Shown piece after piece: positions 36,169 to 47,362 of a stretch of DNA of 64,000 nt. Position 1 is the first letter of the stretch. Each line of letters starts with the position of its first letter. The DNA is taken from positions 238,103 through 302,102 of the forward strand of contig CAWHDZ010000040.1 in the NCBI GenBank assembly GCA_963828255.1, written 5' to 3'. The notes under the pieces were generated by a model. That model did not search any database. It was given only the letters and a program-made list of their open reading frames with translations, and was not told where the DNA came from. Source of the stretch: an uncultured delta proteobacterium. Lineage in GTDB: Bacteria; Myxococcota; Myxococcia; Myxococcales; Anaeromyxobacteraceae. A program made the position numbers and the translations under genes.

Positions 36169-36905
36169 AGCGGCTGGAGGCGGAGATCCTGACCCTCTTC
36201 CCTCGGATGTGCGAGGGGTATCTCTCCGAGAGCATTCTCGGAAAGGCACGGGAAGCAGGTCTCCTCGATGTGCGGGTGACCGACATCCGCGAGTACGCCT
36301 CCGGGAAGCACCGGGTCACCGACGACGCTCCCTACGGAGGGGGCGGCGGGATGGTGATGAAACCGGAGCCGCTGACCGCCGCCATCGAGGCTTCCCGGGA
36401 ACGTTTGCCCGGGGCCAGGGTGCTGCTGACGAGCCCCCGGGGCGTGCCGCTCTCGCAGCGGCTGGTCGAGGAGCTGGCGGAGAACGGACGTCTGGTCATC
36501 GCCTGCGGGCGTTACGAAGGGGTGGACGAGCGCGTGAGAAGGGCAGTCGACATGGAGGTCTCCACCGGGGACTTCGTGCTCACCGGCGGCGAGCTGGCGG
36601 CGCTCTGCGTCGTCGATGCGGCCGCCCGCCTGATTCCCGGGGTTCTCGGAAACGAGACCTCGGCCGGCCGGGAGAGCTTCGCCGGGGCCCCCCTCCTGGA
36701 GTACCCTCACTACACCCGCCCGCCGGCGTTCCGCGGAGTGGAGGTCCCCCAGGTCCTCCTCTCCGGGGATCACCGGCGCGTGGAGCGGTGGCGCCGGCGC
36801 GAGTCGCTCCGGGTCACACGGGACCGGCGCCCGGATCTTTTCGCGCGCCTGCAACTGGACGAAGACGATCGCCGGCTCATCGAGGCCGGCGACGACGAGC
36901 TGTAA
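36165..36905 (+). CDS. trmD: tRNA (guanine-N1)-methyltransferase
   Basis: [43 protein letters not shown]. Confidence 0.98.
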   Translation: MKRLEAEILTLFPRMCEGYLSESILGKAREAGLLDVRVTDIREYASGKHRVTDDAPYGGGGGMVMKPEPLTAAIEASRERLPGARVLLTSPRGVPLSQRLVEELAENGRLVIACGRYEGVDERVRRAVDMEVSTGDFVLTGGELAALCVVDAAARLIPGVLGNETSAGRESFAGAPLLEYPHYTRPPAFRGVEVPQVLLSGDHRRVERWRRRESLRVTRDRRPDLFARLQLDEDDRRLIEAGDDEL

Positions 36906-36918
36906 GGGAGATGCGACG

Positions 36919-37293
36919 ATGCTGCGCAAGGAAATTGCCGACGTAGAGGCCAAGTACCTCCGCAAGGACCTGCCGGACTTCCGTGCCGGCGACACCGTGC
37001 GGGTGCACACGAAGATCAAGGAAGGGGACAAGGAGCGCATCCAGCTCTACGAGGGCGTGGTCATCGCCTCGTCGGGCGGAAGCGCGCGCGCCATGTTCAC
37101 CGTCCGCAAGGTGAGCTACGGCGTCGGCGTCGAGCGCATCTTCCCGCTCCACAGCCCCCGCATCGACCGGGTCGAGGTGGTGGGCCGGGGTGCCGTCCGC
37201 AGGTCGCGCCTGTACTACCTGCGCAACCTGCAGGGCAAGGCCGCCCGCGTCCAGCAGGAAGAGGGCCCTGGCGCCTCCGGCAAGCAGGCCTGA
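36919..37293 (+). CDS. rplS: 50S ribosomal protein L19
   Basis: [26 protein letters not shown]. Confidence 0.99.
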   Translation: MLRKEIADVEAKYLRKDLPDFRAGDTVRVHTKIKEGDKERIQLYEGVVIASSGGSARAMFTVRKVSYGVGVERIFPLHSPRIDRVEVVGRGAVRRSRLYYLRNLQGKAARVQQEEGPGASGKQA

Positions 37294-37347
37294 TCGCGGC
37301 GCGGACCTTTCCCGCGCTCCACACGCGGAGTACAGTCCTCCCTCGAC

Positions 37348-39192
37348 GTGCTCCTGCTCGAGATCGCAGCCCAGGGTGTTCGCGGATTCGCGCCCGAGCG
37401 GGGACGGCTCGCGCTGCGCCCTGGCTACAACGTGGTCGCGGTCGACGGGGCCGCGCTTCGCCGGGTCGTGGCGGCGCTCTTCCATCCGGATCTTCCCGCC
37501 GACCCGGCCCTCCGGGTCGAGGGGGCGGGGACGGGGCCGGGGGGTGCGGTCCGAGCGGGCCTGACCCTGACGGGGGACGATGGGGTCACCTGGCGGGTTG
37601 TCCGCGACATGGCCGGGGGCTCCCAGCTCCAGCGCTTCGACCACGAGAAGCGGGCGTTCCAGTCGGTGCTCCAGGACCCCGTGCGCATCGCCGAGGTGCT
37701 GCGCGCGGCCGGAGTGCCGTCTCCGGAGCGCTACGCGGCCGTCCTCTCCGTCGCCGCATCCGAATTCCCCTCCCGCCAGGCGCCGTCCGGGCTGGCCGGG
37801 GCCATGCTGGCAACACCCCAGAGGAGGGTCGCCACCAGTCCGGGCGAGGTGCCCAGGAAGCTCGCGGCCGCCCGGGCCGAGCTCGAGCGGGCTCACGCGG
37901 CGGAGCAGATCCAGTCGAGGATGGACGCGGCGCAATCCCATCTCTTCAAGCTGGAGGAGATGCTCAAGTCTGGCGAACAGGTGAAGGAGCGCCTGCGGGC
38001 CGCACGCGCCGGGGTCGAGGCGTTCGCGGCCGGGGAGGCCGCCCTCGCAACGCTGGGAGACCCCGTGGCCCGCCTGGCCGCCTGTAGAAGGGTCACGGCC
38101 CGGCGCGACGAGTCGCTGGCCAAGGTGGCCGCGGAGCGGGAGGCCCAGGAAGGGGCGCCGGGCGCAGTCCCTCCTCCGCTGCTGCGCCAGCCTGGATTCC
38201 TCGCCGGGCTGGGAATCGGCGCGGTCGCGCTCCTGGCCGGACTCTTCACCGAGATGCGGAGCCTGGCGCTCGCGGCCATCCCGGCCACCGGCTGGTCCGC
38301 ATTCGAGGGGCTGCGCTGGGTCGGCCGGGCCGAGGAGGCGCAGCAGGCCGCACGGCGCGCCCGCTGGCTCTCCGACCGCGAGAGGAAGGCGAACGAGCTC
38401 TGGGCACGCGAGACCGCCGACGTCCGTGCGGCAATGGCATCGGCCGGGGTGGCGACCCTGGCGGAGCTCGAGGACCTCCACGACCGGGCGCGGGAAGCGC
38501 GGGCCGGGCTCGTCGAGGCCGAGGCCGGATTCACCGCCTGGCAAGGACGTGCGGAGACCCAGGACGCCGAGACCGAGCGAGCCGCGGTGCAGCAGGAGAT
38601 CGGCGTTCTGGAGGGGCAGCTCACCGGCGAGACGGGCGGGTTCGTGCGGGACGTCCACTCGCTGGAGCAGGAGATCGAGCGGCTGGAGCGGGAGGCGGAG
38701 ACAGGACCCTTCGAACCCCTCGGCGAGGAGGCGGTGGGGGAGCCGGTGGCGGCTCCACCTCGAGGAGAGCCCCTGCGGACGCTCATGGAGCGAGCCTCGA
38801 CGGACCTGGGGCTCACTCCGGGGGCTGCCCTCCGCGCGCTGCAGCCCCGCGTGCTGCAGCTCCTGCCTGCGCTCTCCGGTCAGCGCCTCACCAACTTCTT
38901 CGTCGACGAGCGCGGAAATCTCCAGGTCCAGGCTGGCGGAAAGCTCGTTCCCGCGGTCACGCTCGGGGCGCCCGAGCGGGACCTGTGCTTCGCGGTGCTC
39001 AAGGTCGCCTTCCTCGAGCAGGGACTGGCCGCGGGGAAGTCGGTCGCAGTCCTCGACGACGCCCTGGCCGTCCTGCCCGAGGGTTCGCGCCGGGCCCTGG
39101 CCCGCGTCCTGAAGCAACTCGCACGGGGGCGGCAGATCGTGCACGGATCGAGCGACGTGGCCTTCCGGGAGGCGGCGGACAGCGCCGGATAG
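37348..39192 (+). CDS. SMC/SbcC/YhaN-like coiled-coil protein with central TM hairpin and degenerate ATPase motifs
   Basis: SMC-head-like N-terminus (LLEIAAQGVRGF...LRPGYNVV), two coiled coils flanking hydrophobic segments, C-terminal LGAPERDLCFAVLK...VAVLDDAL...RQIV. Confidence 0.7.
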   Translation: MLLLEIAAQGVRGFAPERGRLALRPGYNVVAVDGAALRRVVAALFHPDLPADPALRVEGAGTGPGGAVRAGLTLTGDDGVTWRVVRDMAGGSQLQRFDHEKRAFQSVLQDPVRIAEVLRAAGVPSPERYAAVLSVAASEFPSRQAPSGLAGAMLATPQRRVATSPGEVPRKLAAARAELERAHAAEQIQSRMDAAQSHLFKLEEMLKSGEQVKERLRAARAGVEAFAAGEAALATLGDPVARLAACRRVTARRDESLAKVAAEREAQEGAPGAVPPPLLRQPGFLAGLGIGAVALLAGLFTEMRSLALAAIPATGWSAFEGLRWVGRAEEAQQAARRARWLSDRERKANELWARETADVRAAMASAGVATLAELEDLHDRAREARAGLVEAEAGFTAWQGRAETQDAETERAAVQQEIGVLEGQLTGETGGFVRDVHSLEQEIERLEREAETGPFEPLGEEAVGEPVAAPPRGEPLRTLMERASTDLGLTPGAALRALQPRVLQLLPALSGQRLTNFFVDERGNLQVQAGGKLVPAVTLGAPERDLCFAVLKVAFLEQGLAAGKSVAVLDDALAVLPEGSRRALARVLKQLARGRQIVHGSSDVAFREAADSAG

Positions 39193-39199
39193 GGCAGCC

Positions 39200-39577
39200 G
39201 TGCCGACAACGAGGGAGAAGGGGCGCGATGCCGAACGGCTGGCGGAGACCTGGCTCGAGCGCCGCGGGTACGTGGTGCTGGACCGCAACCACGCCACGCG
39301 AGGCGGGGAGGTGGACCTCGTCTGCCGCGACGGCCGGGTGCTCTGCTTCGTGGAAGTTCGCAGCCGGGCCGACGGGGGGCACGGTGCTCCCGAGGAGACG
39401 GTGGACCGTCGAAAGGCGCTGCGGGTCGTGGCGGCCGCCACCGACTGGGCCCGGAGGCATGGCGCCCTCGACGACGACATCCGCTTCGACGTGGTGGCAG
39501 TGAGCGGCACCGGCGATGCCCCGCTGCTCGAGCTCTTCCAGGGGGCCTTCGACGCCACCGGGGGGGATGCCGGATGA
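39200..39577 (+). CDS. yraN: YraN family (UPF0102) nuclease-like protein
   Basis: G..AE, RN, GEVDLV, FVEVRSR, IRFDVV. Confidence 0.93.
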   Translation: MPTTREKGRDAERLAETWLERRGYVVLDRNHATRGGEVDLVCRDGRVLCFVEVRSRADGGHGAPEETVDRRKALRVVAAATDWARRHGALDDDIRFDVVAVSGTGDAPLLELFQGAFDATGGDAG

Positions 39578-40425
39578 ACACACCGTGCGGCACGGGGACG
39601 CTCCACGTGGTGGCGACGCCAATCGGAAACCTCGGCAATCTCTCCCCTCGCGCGGCGGACGTGCTCCGGGCGGCCGACGTGGTCGTGGCCGAGGACACCC
39701 GCCGGACGCGCATTCTCCTCGCCCACGTCGGGGCGCGGCCCGCCGACCTGCTCTCCCTGCCTGCCTTCGACGAGGAGGGCAGGGTGGAGCGGGTGGTCTC
39801 GCGCCTCACGGCGGGCGCATCGGTGGCGCTCGTCACGGACGCCGGGACGCCGGGGGTCTCCGACCCGGGAAGCCGCCTGGTGGAGGCGGCCTGGGCCGCC
39901 GGCGTGAAGGTGGTTCCGGTGCCGGGCCCGTCGGCCGCGCTGGCGGCGCTCTCCGCATCGGGGCTGGCGGCGGACCGTTTCCTCTTCGCCGGCTTCCTTC
40001 CGCGAAAGGGAGGGGCGCGCGCGGAGGCGTTGCGCTGGCTCGGCAGCGTCCCGGCCACCATCGTCCTCTTCGAGGCGGGGAACCGGACGGCGGCCACGCT
40101 CTCGGATCTGCAGCAAGCCTTCGGCGACCGTCCCGCGGCGCTGGCCCGTGAGCTGACCAAGCTGCACGAGGAGATCGCGCGCGGCAGGCTCTCGGAGCTG
40201 CGCGCGCGCTTCACCGGGGACCTTCGTGGAGAGGTGACGCTGGTGGTCGCCGGTGCGGGTGAGGCGCCGGAGGTGGCGCCGGCAGAGCCGGCCGAGGCGG
40301 AGATCCTTCGCCGGCTGGCCGCCGGAGAGGCGCCGACCGAGGTGGCACGGGCGGTTGCCAGGGGACACGGCCTGCCCCGGGGCGAGGCCTACGCGCTGGT
40401 CGAGCGGGTCCGGGGGAGGCGCTGA
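39574..40425 (+). CDS. rsmI: 16S rRNA C1402 2'-O-methyltransferase
   Basis: VATPIGNL, AEDTR, DAGTPGVSDPG, PGPSA, RELTKLHEE. Confidence 0.96.
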   Translation: MNTPCGTGTLHVVATPIGNLGNLSPRAADVLRAADVVVAEDTRRTRILLAHVGARPADLLSLPAFDEEGRVERVVSRLTAGASVALVTDAGTPGVSDPGSRLVEAAWAAGVKVVPVPGPSAALAALSASGLAADRFLFAGFLPRKGGARAEALRWLGSVPATIVLFEAGNRTAATLSDLQQAFGDRPAALARELTKLHEEIARGRLSELRARFTGDLRGEVTLVVAGAGEAPEVAPAEPAEAEILRRLAAGEAPTEVARAVARGHGLPRGEAYALVERVRGRR

Positions 40426-40455
40426 ACGGCGGCCGGGGCGACCCGGTCGGCTCCT

Positions 40456-41865
<1,410 letters not shown>

Positions 41866-41909
41866 GGCCGTCCTGTTAGCACGAGTGGCCGGCGAAGGGG
41901 AGCGGACGG

Positions 41910-44114
41910 TCAGTTCGGGCGGCGACGCCGGCGGGCGCGCCGGGCGTCCGGTTGTCCGCCATCCTCCGCGGAGCCCGACGCAGCGCCCGCGGTCGGAGCC
42001 GGGATCGAGGGGAGGGAGACGGTGAACTCCGCCCCCCCTCCGGATGGCGAGGAGGCGGTCAGCGACCCGCGGTGCGCCTTGACGATGCGCTGGCTGATGG
42101 CGAGGCCCAGCCCGGTGCCCTTCTCCTTCGTCGTGTAGAAGGGAACGAAGATGCTCTCCCGCGCATCCGCCGGGATCCCGGGGCCCGTGTCGCGGAAGCG
42201 GACCTCGACGCGGGCGTCCCGGAAGCGGGGCTCCCGCCAGCCGTCCAGGTCGTCCCGGGCGAGGCGGGCCTCGACGTGAAGGCGCCCCCCCCTGGGCATG
42301 GCCTGGAAGGAGTTGAGGGCCAGGTTGAGGAAGACCTGCTTCAGCTGCTCGGCGTCGCAGTCGACCGGAGGCAGCTCGGGCGCGGCGTCGATCGCGACCT
42401 CGATGCCCTCCGGGACCTGGGGTGCGAGCAGCTTGAAGGTCCGCTGGAGGATCTCACCGACGTCCCCGGGCGACATGCTCGACTTGAGCGGACGGGCGTA
42501 GTCCAGGAAGGCGGTGACCACGCCGTTCAGCCGATCGACCTCCTCGACGATGATCTCGAGGAACTCCCGGTCCTCGACGGGGAGGCGCCGGGGATCGAGG
42601 AACTGCGTGGCACCCTTGATGGCGGCGAGCGGATTGCGGATCTCGTGAGCCAATCCGGCGGCCATCTCTCCCAGCGCCGCGAGGCGGTCGCGCTCCTTCA
42701 TCTGCTGGTAGAGCTTGGAGTTCTCGATGACCACCGCGCAGCGGTCGGACACCTCGATGAGCGCGGCGATCTCGTCGGAGGCGAAGGCCTCCTGGACCCG
42801 CTCGTCCCAGCAGGCGAGGAAGCCGGCCACGCGGTCCCCGGCGGCGAGCGGCATGCAGATCCCCGCCTTCATGAGGGCCATGGCCTCGCGGGCGTCGACG
42901 ATCCGCTCGAGCTCCCTGGAGACCGCCGGGGGCACCGGGGCGGCGGCGGCTTCCCCCTTCGCGGGCGGGTACTCGGCCTGCAGCTCGGCGAGGCGGCGGT
43001 CGAGGTTCTCGAGGAGGACGGCGCGGCGGCCGTCACCGGCCGCCCGGAGGAGCGCCCGCGCGGTGCCGGCCTCGAGGAAGGGGACCGGTTCAGGACCGCG
43101 GAAGGCGAGGAGCCGGTACCCGGGGCGGTCCTCCGAGACGAGCCAGAGCGAGGCATGGGTCACCCGGCGGGTCTCGGTGAGGCCGTCGAGGATGGCTCGC
43201 TCCAGCTCGCCCGGGTCGATGACGTTCACCACGCGATCGCGCAGCGTCTCCAGCTCGCGGACCAGCTCGTAGCGCTCCGGGAACAGGTTCACCACGACCC
43301 ATTCCTCGACCTTGGAGCGGATGGGGTCGAAGAGGGAGAGGATGACGAACGACGCCACCAGGGTGTTGAAGAAGAAGAGCCCGGGGCGAACGCCGACCCA
43401 GGAGACGAGCCCGCCGTAGATGCTCGCCAGCACCAGGCCGAGCAGCGTGACCACCGCGATCTTTCCGAGGAACTCGTGGAGGTCGAGGAGCCTCCGCCGC
43501 AGCAACGCCTGCAGGAGCAGGAACATGTACAGCGTGAGCGCCATGAACCCGAGTCCCTCGAGCGGGTAGCGGACGCCGAGGCGCGGGAGGAAGTCGAGGA
43601 AGGCGAGCGTGCCCACGAACATGGCCCCGGCGAGCACGTAGGTGAGGCGGGAACGGTCGGCGCGTGTGGGTGCGGCGGCGGCCTCACGCCAGACCACCGA
43701 GAGCACGGCGGCCAGCGCGAGCAGGACGAACCCGGCGACCAGGAGCGGGGCCAGGTCGGAGCGAGCCAGCGGCGAGACCGCGACCACCAGTCCGAAGATG
43801 GAACCGGCCAGCATGAGGTCCCGGGCGCGGCGCGCCGGGCGCCGCTTCACCCCGAGGAACTCGAGGAAGAAGGCCAGCGCCGCGGCAGGGAGGAGCGATC
43901 CGGCGCCGATGGCGAGCCGCTTCCAGAGGTCGTGTCCGCCCTGCGCGCCGGGAAGCCCGTGGAGGAACTCGGCGGTGGAGAAGACGAAGAGATCGAGGGA
44001 GAGAAGGGCGAAGAGGGTGAAGGAGCGGGGGCGCGCCGAGCGGAGGAGGGCAGCCCCGGCCAGGGCCAGGGTGACGATGGCGGCGAGGAGCGCTGCCTGG
44101 TCGCGGATGTCCAC
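41910..44114 (-). CDS. Multi-TM sensor histidine kinase with GAF-like domain
   Basis: About eight N-terminal TM segments, GAF-like region ending [29 protein letters not shown] start estimated. Confidence 0.92.
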   Translation of the reverse strand: MDIRDQAALLAAIVTLALAGAALLRSARPRSFTLFALLSLDLFVFSTAEFLHGLPGAQGGHDLWKRLAIGAGSLLPAAALAFFLEFLGVKRRPARRARDLMLAGSIFGLVVAVSPLARSDLAPLLVAGFVLLALAAVLSVVWREAAAAPTRADRSRLTYVLAGAMFVGTLAFLDFLPRLGVRYPLEGLGFMALTLYMFLLLQALLRRRLLDLHEFLGKIAVVTLLGLVLASIYGGLVSWVGVRPGLFFFNTLVASFVILSLFDPIRSKVEEWVVVNLFPERYELVRELETLRDRVVNVIDPGELERAILDGLTETRRVTHASLWLVSEDRPGYRLLAFRGPEPVPFLEAGTARALLRAAGDGRRAVLLENLDRRLAELQAEYPPAKGEAAAAPVPPAVSRELERIVDAREAMALMKAGICMPLAAGDRVAGFLACWDERVQEAFASDEIAALIEVSDRCAVVIENSKLYQQMKERDRLAALGEMAAGLAHEIRNPLAAIKGATQFLDPRRLPVEDREFLEIIVEEVDRLNGVVTAFLDYARPLKSSMSPGDVGEILQRTFKLLAPQVPEGIEVAIDAAPELPPVDCDAEQLKQVFLNLALNSFQAMPRGGRLHVEARLARDDLDGWREPRFRDARVEVRFRDTGPGIPADARESIFVPFYTTKEKGTGLGLAISQRIVKAHRGSLTASSPSGGGAEFTVSLPSIPAPTAGAASGSAEDGGQPDARRARRRRRPN

Positions 44115-44192
44115 CGGAGGGAATCCTAAGCCAGATCCACGTTCCGGTCGCGGGCTTGACCGGCGGGCGGTCGTCCCCCAGATTCCGATCCG

Positions 44193-46361
44193 ATGCTCCC
44201 GGCCGCCGTGTTCGCCCTCCTGCTCGCCGCCTCGCCTCCATCGGTGGTGAGCGAGGCGGACGTTCGCCCCCCCTCGACGAAGCGAACCCCCGCGGAGCAG
44301 CGATTCCTCCGGGCCCGGGCCGCACTCGCAGCGGGGGATCCGGAATCGGCTTCGCGGGACCTCTCCGGGCTCGCCGCCCGGCTCCCGGCCATCGCCGACC
44401 GGGTGGACGCCCTGTCGGCGGCGGCGGCCGAGGCGGAGGGGGACCCCGAGCGGGCGATCGCGGCCTGGGAGCGCGTCCCGCCGACGTCCTTGCTCTGGCC
44501 CCAGGCGCGCGTCTCGATGGCGCGCCTGCTCGCCGCGGCCGGCAAGGGTTCCGAGGCCGTGGAGGCCCTGCGGCCGCTCATCGCCCTTCCAGCGCCTGGA
44601 GATCTGTCGCGAGGAGACCCCGCGCCGCGGGCGCTGCTCGTGGCCGGCAGGCTCCTCGCCGACCAGCCGGGTGGTGCCCCCGAGGCCAGGCGTCTCTTCC
44701 TCGACTGCTGGGCCGGCCACGCACTCTCCGGGGAGGCCAAGGAGTGTCTCGACCGGCTGGAGGCGCTGCCTCCTCCGGACGGAGGCCCGCCCGGGGACGA
44801 GGACTCGCTCCGCCGGGCGGAGGCGCTGCTCGACTGGAACCGCAACGAGCAGGCGCTCGCCGCGGCCCGGCGGGTCGGCGAGCGGCTTCCTCCGGTGGCA
44901 GCGGATGCGCCGCTCTCGTGCCGGGCGGCCTTCGTGCGCGGCAAGGCCCTTCGCAAGCTGAGGCAGTACGGTCCCTCGGCCGAGGAACTCGGTCCGGTCG
45001 TGGAAAACTGCACCGATCCGGCCCTGCGCCCCCGTGCGCTCTACCTGCTCTCGGTGGCACGGGCCAACGTCCAGAACGCGTCCGGCATCGAGACCTACCG
45101 GCGATTCGCCAAGGAGTACCCGGAGCACTCCCAGTCGGACGACGCCCTCTACTTCGCGGCGGACCTGCTGGTTCGCGACGGGAGGGTCGAGGAGGCGCTC
45201 GACCAGCTGGACGAGCTGGTCGCGCTGTATCCCGCCGGTGACTACCGGGCCGACGCCATCTTTCGCTCCGGGTGGCTCCGCCGCCGCCAGGGAGACCTCG
45301 ACGGTGCCGAGGCCGCCTTCACGCGCATCGAGGTGCTCTACCGAGCCTCGGACCCCTACGAGCACGCACGCGCCCTTTACTGGAGGGGCAGGACGCTCTT
45401 CCAGCGAGACGGGAAGGGGGACCGCGGGAAGGCGCGAAAGGATTGGGAGGAGGTCCTGCGGCGCTACCCGGGCGACTACTACGGGCTGCTCTCTCGGGCA
45501 CGCCTGGCCGAGACGGGGCGCAAGGTGGCCGAGACTCGACCCGCCGGGAAGAGCCACAAGGGGTTCCGGTACCGATCCGGCCCGCTCTCCGGGGACCCCC
45601 ACTTCCGGGCCGCCCTCGCACTCCTCCGCCTGGACATGGACCGCGAGGCGGCCGAGGAGCTCAACGCCGTCGATCGGAAGGCGCTCGCAGCGAGCGAGGA
45701 GCACCCGGAGCCGCTCCTCCTGCTCGCCGAGTTGCTGGAACGGGCCGGGGACTCGCGTGCCTCTCACCGGCTGCTGCGGGCGCAGGGACGGCAGGTGCTC
45801 CGGGAGCCTCCGGCGGGGTTGGGACTGCGGGTCTGGCAGATGGCCTATCCTCCCGCGTGGCGCGACCAGGTGGTCCGCTTCGCACCGCCGGCCGGCGTAC
45901 CCCCGGACCTCCTGCAGGCGCTCATGCGGGAGGAGAGTGCCCTCGACCCCGCCGTGGTCTCGTCTGCGGGCGCGGTCGGCCTGACCCAGCTCATGGTACG
46001 CACCGCCGGGCAGACGGCGAAGCGTCTGTCGCTCCCTGCACCCACCGCGCACGACCTGACCGACCCGCGCCTCAACATCCGGCTCGGCGCGTCCTACCTG
46101 GGGGGCCTCCTGAAGCAATTCGGCGGATCGGCGCCCCTGGCACTCGCGGCCTACAACGCCGGGGAGGGCAACGCCCGGGCCTGGTGGAGGGCGAGGGGGT
46201 CGATCCCGCTCGACGAGTTCGTGGAGGAGATCCCCATCCAGGAGACGCGCGGCTACGTGAAGCGGGTCCTGCGCTCCTACGCGGCCTACCGGATGCTCTA
46301 CGGGCGGGACGGGGAGCGACCCGTACGGCTGGTGCAGCAACTCCCCCCGCCACCGCCCTGA
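44193..46361 (+). CDS. Soluble lytic transglycosylase (Slt-like, TPR superhelix plus SLT domain)
   Basis: Signal peptide, TPR repeats, REES, AVGLTQL, AYNAG, ETRGYVKRV. Confidence 0.92.
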   Translation: MLPAAVFALLLAASPPSVVSEADVRPPSTKRTPAEQRFLRARAALAAGDPESASRDLSGLAARLPAIADRVDALSAAAAEAEGDPERAIAAWERVPPTSLLWPQARVSMARLLAAAGKGSEAVEALRPLIALPAPGDLSRGDPAPRALLVAGRLLADQPGGAPEARRLFLDCWAGHALSGEAKECLDRLEALPPPDGGPPGDEDSLRRAEALLDWNRNEQALAAARRVGERLPPVAADAPLSCRAAFVRGKALRKLRQYGPSAEELGPVVENCTDPALRPRALYLLSVARANVQNASGIETYRRFAKEYPEHSQSDDALYFAADLLVRDGRVEEALDQLDELVALYPAGDYRADAIFRSGWLRRRQGDLDGAEAAFTRIEVLYRASDPYEHARALYWRGRTLFQRDGKGDRGKARKDWEEVLRRYPGDYYGLLSRARLAETGRKVAETRPAGKSHKGFRYRSGPLSGDPHFRAALALLRLDMDREAAEELNAVDRKALAASEEHPEPLLLLAELLERAGDSRASHRLLRAQGRQVLREPPAGLGLRVWQMAYPPAWRDQVVRFAPPAGVPPDLLQALMREESALDPAVVSSAGAVGLTQLMVRTAGQTAKRLSLPAPTAHDLTDPRLNIRLGASYLGGLLKQFGGSAPLALAAYNAGEGNARAWWRARGSIPLDEFVEEIPIQETRGYVKRVLRSYAAYRMLYGRDGERPVRLVQQLPPPPP

Positions 46362-46422
46362 TGGCGCCCAACCCGGGCGCGTTGCCGGATCCCGTGATAG
46401 GGTCGAGTTCCCGGACGGATCG

Positions 46423-47036
46423 ATGAAAAGAATCCTCGAGCAGAGCCTCTACGAGCTCCTGGAGATCTCGCCCTCCGCGACGCCGGAGGAGATCGAGCGA
46501 GCGTGGGAGCGGGCCCACGTCCTGTACGGTCCCGGGTCGCTGGCCGCGTACACCCTCCTCACACCCGAGGTGGCAAACGCCCTGGCGGTGCGCATCGACG
46601 AGGCGTACGAGGTCCTGCTCGACCCCGAGGCGCGCGCTGCCTACGATGCCCGGCTCCCGGCCGAGGAGGCGCGAACGGCCCGTCCCTCGCAGGAGCCAGC
46701 CTCGCCGTCTGCCCCGCCCCCCGTGGCCGCTCCCCCCCTCCGGTCGTCGAGCCGCCGAAGCCCTTCGTTCCTCCGGCAGGAGCCGCGTGGACCGGGGATC
46801 TCATCCGCCAGGCACGGGAGTCGCGCGGGTTCACGGTCGCCCAGATGTCGGAGCGGACCAAGCTCTCCAGGCTGCACATCGAGGCCGTCGAGGAGGAGCG
46901 CTTCGCCGAGCTCCCCGTGGCCGTGTACCTGCGCGGCATCGTGATGTGCATCGCCCGGGAACTGCGGCTCGACGGCCAGAAGGTGGCCCGGTCCTACCTG
47001 GAGCGGGCAGCGGGAGGCCCCGGACCGGGGCGATAG
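46423..47036 (+). CDS. J-like domain plus HTH (RodZ/Xre-like) protein, frameshifted in poly-C near 46735
   Basis: YELLEISPSAT...EAYEVL.DP..RAAYD in one frame; GDLIRQARESRG...IEAVEEE...YLRG in the next; C7 run at the junction. Confidence 0.75.
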
Positions 47037-47083
47037 CGCGCCTCCGCCCTTGACCGGAGCAGGGGGCGAGCTAGCATCGAGCC

Positions 47084-47350
47084 ATGCCGCTCATCGAGGC
47101 ACCCGAGCAGGCCCTGCGCCTCGCGCGTGCCATCTGCTCCGACGTGTCGCTCTACAACGAGGAGAAGATCGTCCGCTCCATCGAGCAGGACACCTTCTTC
47201 GACTCCCTCCGGGAGGAGCTCGAGGAGGGTCGTGAGCTGTATCGCTCCCGGGTCGCTCCCGACCTCTACGGCCGGACCAACTACTACGACCGGGCCATCG
47301 TCGACGTCATCCTGCGCCCCAAGGGACACGTGAAGTCCCGGATCTGGTGA
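47084..47350 (+). CDS. romX: RomX-like small protein (MglA GEF complex component in Myxococcus)
   Basis: 88 aa, ALRLARAICSDVSLYNEEKI; size and position before an RluA-family gene match my recollection of the myxobacterial romX locus; not verified by search. Confidence 0.65.
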   Translation: MPLIEAPEQALRLARAICSDVSLYNEEKIVRSIEQDTFFDSLREELEEGRELYRSRVAPDLYGRTNYYDRAIVDVILRPKGHVKSRIW

Positions 47351-47362
47351 GACGAGGCGCCG

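Noticed and set aside
41910..46340. 1476-aa kinase ORF
   Set aside because: The first ~740 codons are the antisense shadow of slt; the kinase plausibly starts at GTG 44114.
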